64,000 bases of DNA from the NCBI RefSeq assembly GCF_006345805.1, contig NC_043003.1, forward strand, positions 28,892,001 through 28,956,000, written 5' to 3'. The stretch's first letter is position 1; every line of letters starts with the position of its first letter. Both the position numbers and the translations under genes were made by a program. Positions 27,198 through 41,690 of the stretch are shown in pieces. The notes below the pieces were generated by a model, which saw only the letters and a program-made list of their open reading frames with translations, made no database searches and was not told the origin of the DNA. This DNA is from Octopus sinensis. Its lineage: Eukaryota.

Positions 27198-28142
27198 CTT
27201 TTGTGTGTGATGTCATCTTTTAGTCTTCTGCTAAAATATCCAGCCCTTACTGCAGTTTGGTAGTTTGTGTGCCTCGATAACCCTGAGAGCTCGGCAAGCA
27301 GAATGTAAGCACCTTATAGGGCCTCCCATGCTAGACTAGTCAAAGGATAGTCGCCAGTTTAAAATGGGTCATATCTCCCCAAATTAGGTTTGCGTAGGGC
27401 CAACACCTTCGTCTACAGAAAGCAAACAAAAGCAAAATTACACAAACATCGATGGCAATTCAAAACCACCAAGAACTGGGAGAGGAAGGCTTTCACTCGA
27501 GGAAACATGAACCCACAAGAGAAGCAGAAGAGAAGACACCCTAAAATAGTTAGTGACGAGATACTGAGACAGAGCTGAAAAAGCAGGAAGCAAGCTTACG
27601 AGGAGCAGAAAATTATATATTACATAGAGAACAAAGGGCTTACGTAAAGTACCCTTTAGACATGTGAGGCCATGGATCTAGAATTTGAATGTTTTGCTTT
27701 ACTCTACGTTACGTCTTTAGGGTGACACACGGATGTAACAGGCCAGTACTCCGTTGTTGTCCACGTTGTGGTATAGTAGTGAGGAAATATTAGAGTATCC
27801 TCTCCAGACCACGGACACGAGCAAAATTATATGGATACCCAGGATTTAATCATGATGGCCAGTCTTACCGATGCTACACAATAGACGAACAAGGACGATA
27901 TAATTTAGCGCCACTATCATCGGAGAAGATTTCAGAACGAAATTGAAAACAAAATCAGATATTAGAGGTTCGCTTTATCGTTAAAGTTTACTCCTAAAGC
28001 TTTTGCAGTGAACAGGTAAGGCCACGTGGCAGCATGGGCTTGAAATGAGACTTTTTCTTCTCTTAGATAAGCTGTCTTCGCACACTGACATCTTCTATCT
28101 ACGGATAGAGGTAACACTTCTTCCTGTCAATAAATTTCGTAA

Positions 28143-28525
28143 GTGTGGTTAGAATCTTGCTTCCCAACTACGTGGTTCCGGGTTCAGTTTCACTGCATGG
28201 CATCTTGGGCAAGTGTTTTCTACTACAGCCCCAGGCCGACAAAAGTCTTGTGAATGGATTTGGTAGGTGGAAACTGAAAGAAGTCTGTCATATGTATAGG
28301 CGTGTGTGTGTACGTGTCTGTCTGTCTGTTTGTCCACCACCACCACTTGACAACCGGTATTGATGCGTTTACGTCCATGTAACCTAGCTGTTCGACAAAA
28401 AAAGATCGTTAGAATAATTATTAGGCTTTAAAAAGTCTTCGGGTTGATTTGTTCGACTAAAATTCTTCAAGGTGGCGCTCCAGCATGGCCGCAGTCAAAT
28501 GAATGAAACAAGTAAAAGATAAAAT
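28143..28525 (+). mobile_element. SINE family C with LINE-like 3' tail
   Basis: Family C head plus tail GGTGGCGCTCCAGCATGGCCGCAGTCAAATGAATGAAACAAGTAAAAG. Confidence 0.85.
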
Positions 28526-28819
28526 ATCCTATTTTTGATTTCTTGCAAATTTTTGCAAAACCGTTTCGGTAAGGTAGAACTTGCATGGATGCACTTCCAA
28601 CTAGAGATAGCAGCTAAATCTCCTTCAAATCGCTAGAGTTGTGTAAATGTAACTTTCTCTTCTTGGTTTACCTTGAGGAAGGTCCCCTCCGATTGATGAG
28701 GTCAACTCGGTCAACGTTGCTCTTGATAGCTGCTAATTAAGTACTGTATGGAAAAGAATGAGAAAGGAAGAAATACTAAATCAAATATAAATAAAACTAT
28801 ATTTCGATATGAATACATA

Positions 28820-28980
<161 letters not shown>

Positions 28981-29504
28981 GAGACGCATTTCTGTTTGTT
29001 TATGTATGTCTGTGTATCTGTTCATGGATATGTGATAATGTGAGCGTATATTTGGAGCAAGGGTTGGTTATAGACTGATTTATCGATTAATCGCTTCATT
29101 TCAATATATTCGTAGTTATCAAAAATGACATTATCGATCCAAGAATTAGGAGAGAATATTCCATGTAGTCGAGAATTCGATATTTTTCATGTCCTGCACT
29201 CTTACGATCTCCATTTGGCTTACCTTCTTCTAATGTTCACCTCATTTTTCCTTCCTTCATTCTTTCTTTTGACTTTCGCTCTCTATAGTTTAGCAATTTT
29301 CCATTTCTCTCTCTCTCTCTCTCTTCCCCCTCTTCTCATTGTGAGTATTCGTCTCTGAATGTATGCAAATATATATGAATATGCATACATTTATGTAGGT
29401 ATGTATGTATATGCATTTAAGTGTTTGTATGTGTGTTTGTGTATTTATATAAATATATATACATACATATACATATATATAGACACATATATATATGAAT
29501 ATGC

Positions 29505-29581
<77 letters not shown>

Positions 29582-30451
29582 AACATACACAATCATACTC
29601 ACACATGCATATACGCATGTATGCTTATGCGTATGCATGTATGAATGTATGCATGTATAAATATATGCATGTTTGTGAGTATGTATGTATGAATGTCTGT
29701 ATGCAATGATGTATGTATGTATGTATGTATGTATGTATGTATGTATGTATGTATGTATGTATATATGTATGTAAGTATGTATGTATGTATAAGCATCATG
29801 CCTTGGCTTGCTTACAGCCATGCTTCGTTCTGCGAAATACTCAACCAATTAAACATAATTCAAAAATAGGTCGTACCATTGAGCAGACAACAGGGGTAGC
29901 CATTGTCGAAACTGATGGAAGACCCATTTACTTATACTCTTACGTGAAGTGACGAAATAGCAGTTTACATTTACACACACACACACATCCACAAACACAT
30001 ACATCCACAAACACACACACACACACAGACACATCCACAAACGCACACACACGTACATCTAGTAATCTATGGGATTATAAACCTTGGGATTACAATCGCG
30101 GGAATTAGAAGGTCAGATACTGGAACTGGTGAAGTAATAGAAATACTTCGACAACCAATTCTGACTCTTTCCAGAAACGTGGCAAAGAGCAGAATCCAGC
30201 TGCGACACATTTGCTCTTCTAGTAGCACCCCCACCAGACACCACTCCATATAGGCGTGTGTGCATATACTTACACGCGTCCTTGAAGATACAGATACATA
30301 CACACATATCATAGATAGATAGGTAGATAGATAGAGAGAGAGAGAGAGAGAGAAAGAAAAATAGATAGATAGAGAGAGAGAGAGAGATACATACATACAT
30401 ACATACATACATTTCTAGGAATATTTATTTATAAATATGTGGGTGTTTAGA

Positions 30452-30495
<44 letters not shown>

Positions 30496-30512
30496 TAGAC
30501 AGACAGACAGAC

Positions 30513-30579
<67 letters not shown>

Positions 30580-31127
30580 CTTACATACATACATACATAC
30601 ATGCATACATACAGGTATGTATGTAGGTAGGTAGATAGATATATAGATTGATAGATATATAGATTGATAGATAGATAGATTGATAGATAGATAGATTGAT
30701 AGATAGATAGATGGATAGATAGATAGATGGATAGATAGACAGAGAGAGATATATTGGATATGTATATAAGTTTATACACATACATACACACATACATACA
30801 TACATACATACATACATACATACATACATACATACATACATGCCTACATACATACATCTAACTTTGCCCATTTGAGCAACAGACCGTAAGTCGATGGTAT
30901 TTAGAGTCGTGTGTCCAGTGAATTAATTCCGATAACAGCCAATCATCTGTACAATCAATACGGCAATCAACCAATCGTATCACTGGACTGTTTATAACTT
31001 TTATGGACGGGGAATAGTTATAGGGTGACGGTGTAAGTACCGTTGAAGGTCACAGACGATGTCTTCATATATGCCTGGATGTGTGTATGCGTGTTTATAT
31101 CTGTGTGTGTGTGCGTGCGTGTGTTTA

Positions 31128-31410
31128 TGAATGCTCGTAGCTTAATGGTTAGGGGTATTCGGCTCACGATCGTAAGATTGTGAGTTCGATTCCCGGCAGC
31201 GTGTTGTGTCCTTGAGCAAAGCACTTTATTTCACGTTGCTCCATTTCACTTAACTAGCAAGTATGAGCCGTGCATCTAATTCAAGGGATCAGCCTTGTCA
31301 TATTCTGTATCAAGTTAAATCTCGCTAAGATCTACGTGAAGGTTACGTGTGTCTGTTCCGTTGATCGGATCGACTGGAACACTCGTCGTCGTAACCGACG
31401 GAGTACCGGT
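31128..31410 (+). mobile_element. tRNA-derived SINE (variant of family A)
   Basis: GTAGCTTAATGGTTAGG...GTGAGTTCGATTCCCGG...CTTGAGCAAAGCACTTTATTTCACGTTGCTCC. Confidence 0.75.
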
Positions 31411-32214
31411 ATGTATGTGTTTACTGTACATGTGAAGGTACACAGCACGTACAGTTGCAGGTAATGTGGAATGGTGAAAACCTTCTCTCCACAATCTCCA
31501 GGGTTGCTTGGATCCTTGAGAAAGTCTGCCATATGCGTAAAATGACCCCTACCCTTGTAAATATATCCAGTCAGACGGATTTGTTTGATCTGTTTTCCAA
31601 GAGGGACAGTCTTATCACAAGCATTGTTGCATTGAGATCAGGTAATGATTATCTAATTTAAGAGTATGAAATTAAACTGAAACTCAAATAATCCTTGCGG
31701 TGGCTATTACGGGCACAATATACAAACTGTGTAACAGAACCAGGTATTTTAATTATAGTAGAGTCTACAAAGTTAATGTACTGAGGGTGGGTCTTTGAAC
31801 TAGAGGTACAACCCACAAACTTATAGTAGCAAGAGTAGACTTTTTTATTGTGAGTACAGTACGTAAATTCCTATTGTGAGTATAGTTCACGAATTTATTG
31901 TAGCAAGGGTGAACTTTTTACTGTGAGCACAGTTCATATATTCAGCTTACAACATATGTCCTTTAATTTACGGGTACAGTCTACAAAGTCAATGTAACAT
32001 TGTGGCCCTTTGAATTAAAGGCAACAAATTATTGTTAAGGTTGACATATGGTGTCATTGTTTATGAATTATTAACCAGGAGAAAGAGCAGTGCCGTTGAC
32101 TTTGTTCGGAGTGCCTAAAACAGGCGGGAGGAAGTTGTTAGTAGAGTAGTGACCTAACGGCAATGTTCTGCTAAAAATACTCGATGATCGAAAAATAATG
32201 CTAAACACTTAGGA

Positions 32215-32603
32215 TAGGGAAGCACTCCGTCGGTTACGACGACAAGGGTTCCGGTTGATCCGAATCAACGGAACAGCCTGCTCGTGAAATTAACGTGTAA
32301 GTGGCTGAGCACTCCACAGACACGTGTACTCTTAACGTAGTTCTCGGGGATATTCAGCGTGACACAGAGAGTGGCAAGGCCGGCCCTTTGAAATACAGGT
32401 ACAACAGAAACAGGAAGTAAGAGTGAGAGAAAGTTGTGGTGAAAGAGTACAGCAGGGATCACCACCATCCCCTGCCGGAGTTTCGTGGAGCTTTTAGGTG
32501 TTTTCGCTCAATAAACACTCACACCGCCCGGTCTGGGAATCGAAACCGCGATCCTATGACCGCGAGTCCGCTGCCCGAACCACTGGGTCATTGCGCCTCC
32601 ACA
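32215..32603 (-). mobile_element. SINE family B
   Basis: Head at 32520-32603 on the minus strand; body matches 9520-9696. Confidence 0.8.
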
Positions 32604-32667
32604 CTTAGGATAGATCAATTCCAACACCGAAGAACGACAACAACATTTTTTAGTCTATCTATATCTA

Positions 32668-32723
<56 letters not shown>

Positions 32724-32726
32724 CTA

Positions 32727-32814
<88 letters not shown>

Positions 32815-32985
32815 ATATATATATATAATATATGTCTGTCTCTCTGCCTGTCTATCTATTTATTTCTCTCTCTCTTTACACACACACACATATGTATATA
32901 TACATATATAAGTATGTATGTACATATATGTATGTATATACATATATGTATGTATATACGCATATATTTCTATATTATTTATATG

Positions 32986-33064
<79 letters not shown>

Positions 33065-33239
33065 GACCCTCTAATATATACACAGATACACACACATACA
33101 TACATATATATATATATATTGATATATGAAAAAATTAAATGGCATTTTGATAATTTTTTCCCCTTTAATAATTAGATGTTTATAAGTTTGTAAATATATT
33201 CCTTTTTTCTTTTATTCTTTTATTCCTTTCAGCCATGCA

Positions 33240-33720
33240 ACTGCGGTCATGCTGGAGCACCACTGTGGTCTGGCTGTTTTCCCCAGACTGGTGGGTTTCA
33301 CATCACCACTCCTGTGTGTGCCTTTGATCCAGCTGTTGGTGTATGAGGGAGTTTGATTCTGCTGCCCTCATTTGTACCTCATGTAGGGCCGTCGGTTTAT
33401 CGGATACTGCGAAGAGGAAGACGTCTTGTTCCATTTTGAAGACACCTACGTCCGTATTGTGTAAGTTCCTTAATTTTTTGTGGCAGAGCATTGAAGAACT
33501 GTGGGCCTTTGAACTATAGTCTATTGCAGTATCTAGTCCTGAATTGAAATGTAGTGGAAATACATTTGGTACAATTCAATGGCGTCCAGTTCCAGCATTT
33601 GTATAATAGTCGAAAAATTAGGTGCTAGCCCTTGTATATTTTTCCATTTATAGATTATTACATATCTGCCGCACCTTCTCTCCACGGAGTAAAGTAACAG
33701 TTCTTTCAGCCTCCCCCATA
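33240..33720 (-). pseudogene. Older 3' fragment of the CR1-like LINE
   Basis: Translates to RLKELLLYSVERRCGRYVIIYKWK and EVQMRAAESNSLIHQ, matching 41170-41570. Confidence 0.8.
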
Positions 33721-33794
33721 TGTATATGTATATTAGATGCATACAGACATACACCTATTCACACACATACACACGTATTCATACTTCATATTTA

Positions 33795-33826
<32 letters not shown>

Positions 33827-33947
33827 AGCGGGGAAATGTAACTGTGGCCAGGTTCGTATGTCTGTGAACATTTTCAAGTACTATGAAATTACATATGACG
33901 GCGGTGCCCAACACCACCTGCATAGATGATGTTGAAATGAGGATGGC

Positions 33948-34175
33948 AGGCGGCGGCGGCGTGGCGGCGGCGTGGCGGCGGCGTGGCGGCGGCGTGGCGG
34001 CGGCGTGGCGGCGGCGTGGCGGCGGCGTGCGGCGTGGTGGCGGCGGCGTGGCGGGGTGTGGCGGCGGCGGCGGTGGTGACGGCGGCGGCGGTGGTGGTGG
34101 TGGTGGTGGTGGTGGTGGTGGTGATGGTGGTGGTGGTTTGGTGGTGGTTGCGGTGGTTGTTGTGGTGGTGGTGGA
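33948..34175. repeat. GC-rich (GGCGGCGT)-type minisatellite grading into (GGT)n
   Basis: Directly visible. Confidence 0.9.
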
Positions 34176-34639
34176 GTGATGCAAGGTTCTACTGAGAACG
34201 ATGGTAGCATTGTTAATAACGCCAGTAATATTGAGGATGATAATCAAAGTAAGACGACGACTGCGACGACAACGCAAAAACCAATTCGGAAGACTGGGGA
34301 TTATGACGACGACGACGACGACGACGACGGGGACACCGGCGACGTCGGTGGCAGCAGTGAGAACATGAGCAATGACGATGAAAGATTAATGATGGACTCT
34401 CATTTTAATGAGAATGTTCAACAAATATGTCCGCTATTACTCTGATTGATGGTGATTGAGCATGCGAGGTGTGATTCACAAAAAAAAAAAAAGACACACG
34501 GCACACTGTTAGTACGAAAAGCATGCAGAGGTGTATGTGTTTTTTGTCTTTGTATGAGAGTGTGTGAGTGTGCTTGGGGAGGGTGAGGGAGAGGAGACCC
34601 GAGCATTCGAACACCAAAGCCAAACCGAATACACATAAG

Positions 34640-34698
34640 AACAACAACGATGATGATGGTGGTGATGGTAGTGATGATAATGATGATGGTGGTGATGC

Positions 34699-34739
<41 letters not shown>

Positions 34740-35279
34740 ATGATGACGATGATGATGATGATGATGATGTGGGTCGTGGTGGTGGTAGTGGTAGTGGGAG
34801 TGATGATGGTGATGGTGGTGGTGGTGATGGTGGTGGTGATAGTGGTGGTGATGGTGGTGGTGATGCTGGTAGTGGTAGTGATGATAATGATGATGGTGGT
34901 GATAATGATGAAGATGATGATGATGGTGGTGGTGGTAGTGGGCGATGGTAGCGGTGGGGGTGATGATGGTGGGGTGGGGGGTAGTGATGATAATGATGAT
35001 GACGACGAGGACGATGATGATGAATGGTTTCCACTATAGGTGCAAAGCCTGAAATTTTTGGTGAGATGTGCTACTCATTTAAATCGACCTCAGTGCTTGA
35101 CCGGTCCTTTATTTCATCGATCCCAAAAGGATGAAGGGCAAAGTTTGACCTTGGCGGAATTCAAATTCAGAACATTAAAAGCCGGAAGAAATGCCGCTAA
35201 GTATCTTATACGTTGCTAATAGTTCTGTCTGCAGGCTGCCTTTAATAATAATACTTTCAAAGTTTTGGTTACAGCCAGA

Positions 35280-35363
<84 letters not shown>

Positions 35364-35711
35364 TGGGGAAGCATCATAAACATGTGTTGAGAGGGATTCT
35401 TTGGGTTTGAATAATTCACCTCTAGAAACATGGATGTTTCGTTCAACATCATGGTGGTGGTGGTGGTGGTGATGATGATGAAGGTGATGATAATGATGAT
35501 GATGTTGATGATGATGATAATGATGATAGCGGTGGTGTTGGCGGCGGTGGTAGTGGTGTTGGTGGTGGTGGCGGTGGTGGGGGTGGGGTGGGGGTAGTGG
35601 TGGTGGTGGTCATCGTCGTTGTCGCCGTGTTTGTGGTGGTTGTGGTAGAGGTGGTTTTGATGGTGTTTGTAGTCATTGTAATGATGATTATTTTTATTAT
35701 TATTATCATTC

Positions 35712-35796
<85 letters not shown>

Positions 35797-35870
35797 CATT
35801 ATTAATATTATTATTATTACTATTATTATTACTATTACTATTATTATAATGGTGATGTTGTGAGAGGTAA
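34640..35870. repeat. Mosaic trinucleotide tracts (GAT/GGT/GCT/AAT/ATT)
   Basis: Directly visible; source of the poly-amino-acid ORFs. Confidence 0.9.
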
Positions 35871-36175
35871 TGAAAATGGTGGCGCCGTTTGCGGTTGATG
35901 GATTAACTGGTGTGATATAGCAGATATGAGATTACGCGTCTATTGTAAGATTGCATGCAAGACCACATTCTCTCAACACACGTTTTCCGTTCATGGTGTC
36001 TGTTGGAACCGAAATTGTGTGAGTGAAAACTGTATTTACATGCGTGTTTGTGGTATGTTGTTTGCTTGCATAAGTGTATCTCTCTCTCTCTCTCTTTTTT
36101 CTCTCTCTCTGTACACACACACATATATAAGTATATACACATATATATATATATATATATAGATATGTATGTATG

Positions 36176-36207
<32 letters not shown>

Positions 36208-36302
36208 TATACATACATACATGCATTTTCATTTATATATAAACATATATTGCATGTATGATTATATATGTATGTATATGTACATATATGTATGTATACA
36301 CA

Positions 36303-36346
<44 letters not shown>

Positions 36347-36480
36347 TTATATATATATACATATTATATATATTGTGTGTGTGTGTGTATACATACATAC
36401 ATACATACATACATACACACATATATTGCATGTATGCATATATATGTATGTATATGTACATATATGTACATAGATGTATA

Positions 36481-36515
<35 letters not shown>

Positions 36516-36574
36516 TGTACATTCATACACACAAGCACAAATATATATACACACACCTTACACATACATACACT

Positions 36575-36617
<43 letters not shown>

Positions 36618-37099
36618 TCAAGTCACGTGTCGCCTTTTAGTTCGTTGGCTTCAAGCACTTTCAGTCACGATATAGGGATATGAAACAGAAAGAAATGGTT
36701 TTAGCAGAGAGAGAACTCAAAGAAAAATGGTGTATTATAAAAGACAAATAGATCAGTTACATAAATAGATATGTATGACAGAAGGAGAGAGGGAGGGAGG
36801 GAGGGAGGAAGAAAAAAAGAAAGTAAGAATGAAAGAAAGTGAGAAGGAATGAGAGAGTAAGATAAACAGGCAGAGAGACAGAGAGAGAAATAGTCATTGG
36901 TCAGGTAATCAGTCAAATCGGGGTGAAAAAAAAGAAAGAGGAAAGACGATATAATGCAAGTTCTTAAGAGGGGAGAATAAAACAGAACAAAGAAACGTTA
37001 AGTTCTAGAATAGAATGGATATTAGAAAGTAAACGTGATAAAATAAAGGTCACATAGAGAGTGTGCCGAACATAGAAGTGTTAGAAAAAAAGAGGCAAT

Positions 37100-37136
<37 letters not shown>

Positions 37137-37355
37137 GAGAGAGAGAGAGAGTGAGTGAGAGAGAGAGAGTGAGTGAGAGAGAGAGAGTGAGAGAGAGAGA
37201 GTGAGTGAGTGAGAGAGAGAGTGAGTGAGAGAGAGAGTGAGAGGAAGGTCAGAAACTCTGCATCAATATATGGGGGGAAAGACAGTGAGAATTGATGAAT
37301 AGAGTAGATTTTGCTTGAGAGAAAAACAGAGTAGACTCTGAGAGGGGAGGTGTAC

Positions 37356-37392
<37 letters not shown>

Positions 37393-37560
37393 AAGAGACA
37401 GACAGGCAGAGACAGAGGGAGACAGAAAGAAGAGTGAGGATGAGAGAGTGAGACAGTGTGGGACAGAGAAAGAGAGGAAGAAAACTTTGTTCATGATATC
37501 AAAGCGTGAGTGGAGAATATGTTCGAAATTCTCTCCCACACTCTTTATACACACCCATAC

Positions 37561-37604
<44 letters not shown>

Positions 37605-38016
37605 AAACACACATACATACACACATATATGTATGTATGTATATATGTATTATATATTATAATACATATATATGTGTGTAATATAATATTCCTTTCTGCT
37701 CTCGGCACAAGGCCCGAAATTTGGGGGGAAGGGGCCCGTCGATTAGATCGATCCCAGTACACAACTGGTACTTAATTTATCGACCCCAAAAGGATAAAAG
37801 GCAAACTCGACCTCGGCAGTATTTGAACTCAGAACGTAAATTTCAATAGTTTTTGACTCAAGAACTATTGAAAAGTTTGCAAGACGCAACGAAAATTTTA
37901 GAAAAATGAATAAGTAAACGAGTGGAAATTTTACCAGTGTGTGTGTCAAATTATAAGGCACTAAAAGATAATGACCCTCTCCAGACACAACAGTATATAT
38001 ATATATATATATATAG

Positions 38017-38081
<65 letters not shown>

Positions 38082-38215
38082 ATATATACATACATACATA
38101 TATATATATACATATATATATACAACATATATATATCTATGCACACATATACATATATTATATATATATATACACACAAATACATATATATATTACTATA
38201 TATATATATTACATA

Positions 38216-38260
<45 letters not shown>

Positions 38261-38333
38261 TATATATCAGTCGCGATGATAGATCAGTAGCCACTACACA
38301 CTTTTTTTTCTTCTGTGTTCCTATATATGAGGG

Positions 38334-38670
38334 GTGAAGGCGCATGGCTCAGTGGTTAAAGCGTTGCGCTTACGCTTGTGAGGTTGTGAGCTCGAATCTT
38401 AGATCGGGCTGCATGTTGTGTTCTTGAGCAAGACACTTTATTTCACGTTGCTCCAGTTCACTCAGCTGTAGAAATGAGTTGCGACGTCACAGGTGCCAAG
38501 TTGTATCGGCCGTTGCCTTTCCCTTGGATAACACTGGTGGCGTGGAGAAGGGAGGCAGGTATGTGAGAGCGACTGATGGTCTTCCATAAAGAACCTTGCC
38601 TGGACTTGTGCTTGGAAGGGTAACTTTCTAGGTGCAATCCCACGGTCAGTCATGACCGAAGAGGGGCCTC
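38334..38670 (+). mobile_element. SINE family A, full length
   Basis: GTGAAGGCGCATGGCTCAGTGGTTAAAGCG head through CATGACCGAAGAGGGG tail. Confidence 0.9.
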
Positions 38671-38896
38671 AGGGCGTAAGAGTAAGAAAGTTAAGAACCA
38701 ACTGCAGGTCAAACGACCAAGCAAGTTGATATTCGCAGACGGAGAAAAGAATCATTCTTCAACTTCGTACAAATTTTCACAAGTCCATGGTAGACATAAA
38801 TTGGAGGGAAGGACCAAATTAATCTGACGAAACACTGGAGTATTGTTTAGAAGTGAATGGTGAAGAATTAATGAAACCAGACAGAAATAAATAGGT

Positions 38897-39063
38897 ACAG
38901 GAGTGGCTGTGTGGTAAGTAGCTTGCTTACCAGCTTCATGGTTCCGGGTTCAGTGCAACGCAGTGGCACTTTGGGCAAGTGTTTTTTACTATAGCTTCGG
39001 GCCGACCACAGCATTGAGAGTGGATTTGGCAGAGGGGAAAGTGAAAGAAGCCCTTCGTATATG

Positions 39064-39096
<33 letters not shown>

Positions 39097-39215
39097 TTTA
39101 CCCCGCAACATCGCTTGATAACTGATCCAGGTGTGTTTACGTCTCCGTAACTTAGTGGTTCGGCAAAAGGCAGTTCTCCAGCATGGTCGCAGTCAAATGA
39201 CTGAAACAAATAAAA
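38897..39215 (+). mobile_element. SINE family C
   Basis: Head GGAGTGGCTGTGTGGTAAGTAGC; tail CCAGCATGGTCGCAGTCAAATGACTGAAAC. Confidence 0.88.
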
Positions 39216-39245
39216 TGTCAAAAGAGTATATACATATATATATAT

Positions 39246-39538
39246 AAAATACAAAATGGGACAAGAACGCAAAACATCCAGATGGACGATACTAAGAAAA
39301 CAAAGACGGGTCATTCGAAGTTTTCTCTCTTCAGTCAAGCACCAGATTATCCTCGCAATTTCAACTGATTATACATGAAATTGCTCCAATCTGGCCACCC
39401 CCATGGAAAAACTAAGCTAAGAGCATTAGATTCCTTGGAAGAAAGCAGCGGATGTATACAAACTAGATGTTTTGTTGTCCCTTTTTGTATCACCTAGCTG
39501 TCTGGATGTTTTGCGTTCTTGTGCCATTTTTGTATTTT
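39246..39538. mobile_element. Element bounded by ~37-bp inverted repeats, inserted in (TA)n
   Basis: AAAATACAAAATGGGACAAGAACGCAAAACATCCAGA ... TCTGGATGTTTTGCGTTCTTGTGCCATTTTTGTATTTT. Confidence 0.75.
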
Positions 39539-39559
39539 ATATATATATAGAGAGAGAGA

Positions 39560-41690
39560 GGAAAATTCTAATGAGACAGCGTACAAAAGTTTCAAATCGC
39601 CTAAACAAATAAAGTGAAAGCAGTGAAAAGTCCCGCCTGAAAATAAAACTTTTGGAAATTGAAAAATGTCTGCAACTCTCCTCCCATGAAAGGAAGAGCA
39701 GACAAAGAAGCCTGGCTATAGAAAACATAAAATCTAACCCCAGAGCTTTCTACAGGTATGCCAAAGAAACAGCTACGGTGCACTGTAGGATAGGGCCACT
39801 CCTTGAAAAGGATGGCACACTCACAGGAAATCCAATGAGGGTAAGTGAAATACTAAATGAGCAATTCAACAGTATTTTCACTCCACCCCTAGAGCATTTT
39901 CAAGTCAGCAATCCAACTGACTTCTTTACCACTGCATATATAAAATCAGAGGCAGCGATGATTGATTACATCAATATAAAGGAAGACGATGTAATAAAGG
40001 CTATTGATGAAATGAAAACAAACTCAGCTACTGGCCCCGATGGATTCCCAGCAATCCTTCCAAAAGTATGAAGAGAGCCCTAGCAAGACCACTGCAGTTC
40101 CTCTTTCAGAGCTTCCTTGTAACTGGCAAACTTCCAAGAAAACTGAAGGAAGATAAAATATGCCCTATTCATAAAGGAGGTAGCAGAGCGGAGGCCAAGA
40201 ACTACAGACCTATCTCTCTGACCTCACACATCAGCAAGGTCATGGAACGAATAGTCAGAAGGAAACTAATCACCTTCCTTGAAGAAAATGACTTGCTGCC
40301 TGAACACGCAACATGGTTTCCGACCAGGAATAAGCTGCTTAACTCAGCTCCTACAACACTATGACTGGGTGCTGAACGCCCTGCTCAACCACTCACATGT
40401 GGAAGTCATATATCTCGACTTTGCAAAGGCCTTTGATAAGTCGATCATGGAATGATATGTCACAAACTGCGTGATCTTGGCATAGTTGGAAAATTGGGAG
40501 AATGGCTTCATGACTTTCTGAAGGATAGAAGTCAGGTGGTAGTAGCCAATGGGGCCACTTCTATTAACACGCAAATAGTGAGCGGTCTTCCGCAAGGCAC
40601 TGTTCTGGGACCACTACTGTTCATAATGCCCTCTCAGACATGCCCTCAGCCACGCAGAGAGCTACGATCACAAGTTATGCAGATGATACAAAAGTTTCAC
40701 AGGCAATACAGAACCCTGAAGACACTAAGCACCTGCAATGTGAGCTGGACAAAATATACAAGTGGGCTCAAAAGAATAGCATGCAGTTCAATGCTGAAAA
40801 GTTTCAAGCTTTATACTATCAGCATGCAAAACTAAATGCAATACCCAATAAATACACTGGACCTGGAGGGATTGCAATCCCAGAGGCACAATCAGTGCGA
40901 GACCTGGGTATTTACATGAGTGATGATGCAACCTTTCATGTGCATGTTGCTAAATTAGCAATGAAATGTAGGCGGCTGACCGGATGGATTCTTATAACCT
41001 TTAGAACAAGAGACCAGGAAACCATGATGGTCCTCTGGAGGACACTTGTCCTAAGCCACCTTGACTATTGCTCTCAGCTATGGTCACCATCCAATGTCAA
41101 GTTAATCACAGAACTTGAGGCGATCCAACGAAGCTACACGAAGAAGATAGCCTCTGTGCAGCATATAAGCTATTGGGAAAGACTCAAGAGATGAGACTCT
41201 ATTCCTTAGAGCGTAGGCGAGAACAGATATGCCATAATATACATCTGGAAGATCCAAGAAGGACTTGTCCCAAACTTTGGCATCGAGAGTTACACAAATG
41301 CCAGAACTGGGCGCCACGCATAGTGCCAAGGACTCCAAATTTGCCATCAAGATGTAGGACAAGATACTGTGATATCCTGGGCTTCCGAGGCCCACAACTC
41401 TTCAATATCCTCCCGAAGAACCTAAGAGACCTGCATGGGGTGGATGCAGATGTCTTTAAAATGAAACTGGATCTCTTCTTGTCAGGTGTCCCAGATGAAC
41501 CAACTTCACGACAGGAAGTGCAGATGAGGGCAGCTGCATCGAACTCTCTCATGCACCAGATGGCATTTGCTAAAAAGCATTCGTGAAGTAAAATCATGTA
41601 GCAACACCAAATGGCGGTGCCCCAGCATGGCCACAGCTTGTGAGCTGAAACTAAATAAAATAAAATAAAATAAAATAAAATAAAAATAAT
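39560..41690 (+). mobile_element. 5'-truncated CR1/L2-group non-LTR retrotransposon (RT region, frameshifted) with (TAAAA)n tail
   Basis: ORF pieces 39652..40071, 40068..40364, 40452..40835, 40640..41194, 41173..41586. Motifs SATGPDGFP, NYRPISLTSHISKVME, YLDFAKAFDK, GLPQGTVLGPLLF, YADDTK, LYSLERRRE. Confidence 0.93.

Noticed and set aside
27300-27920. Possible RTE 5' and 3' remnants
   Set aside because: Too degenerate to assign from sequence alone.
30075-30255. NLGITIAGIRRSDTG resembling a PDZ GLGF loop
   Set aside because: The rest of the PDZ pattern is absent and there are no convincing splice sites.
34176-34445. 89-aa acidic ORF
   Set aside because: Built from GAC/GAT low-complexity sequence between microsatellites; no domain similarity.
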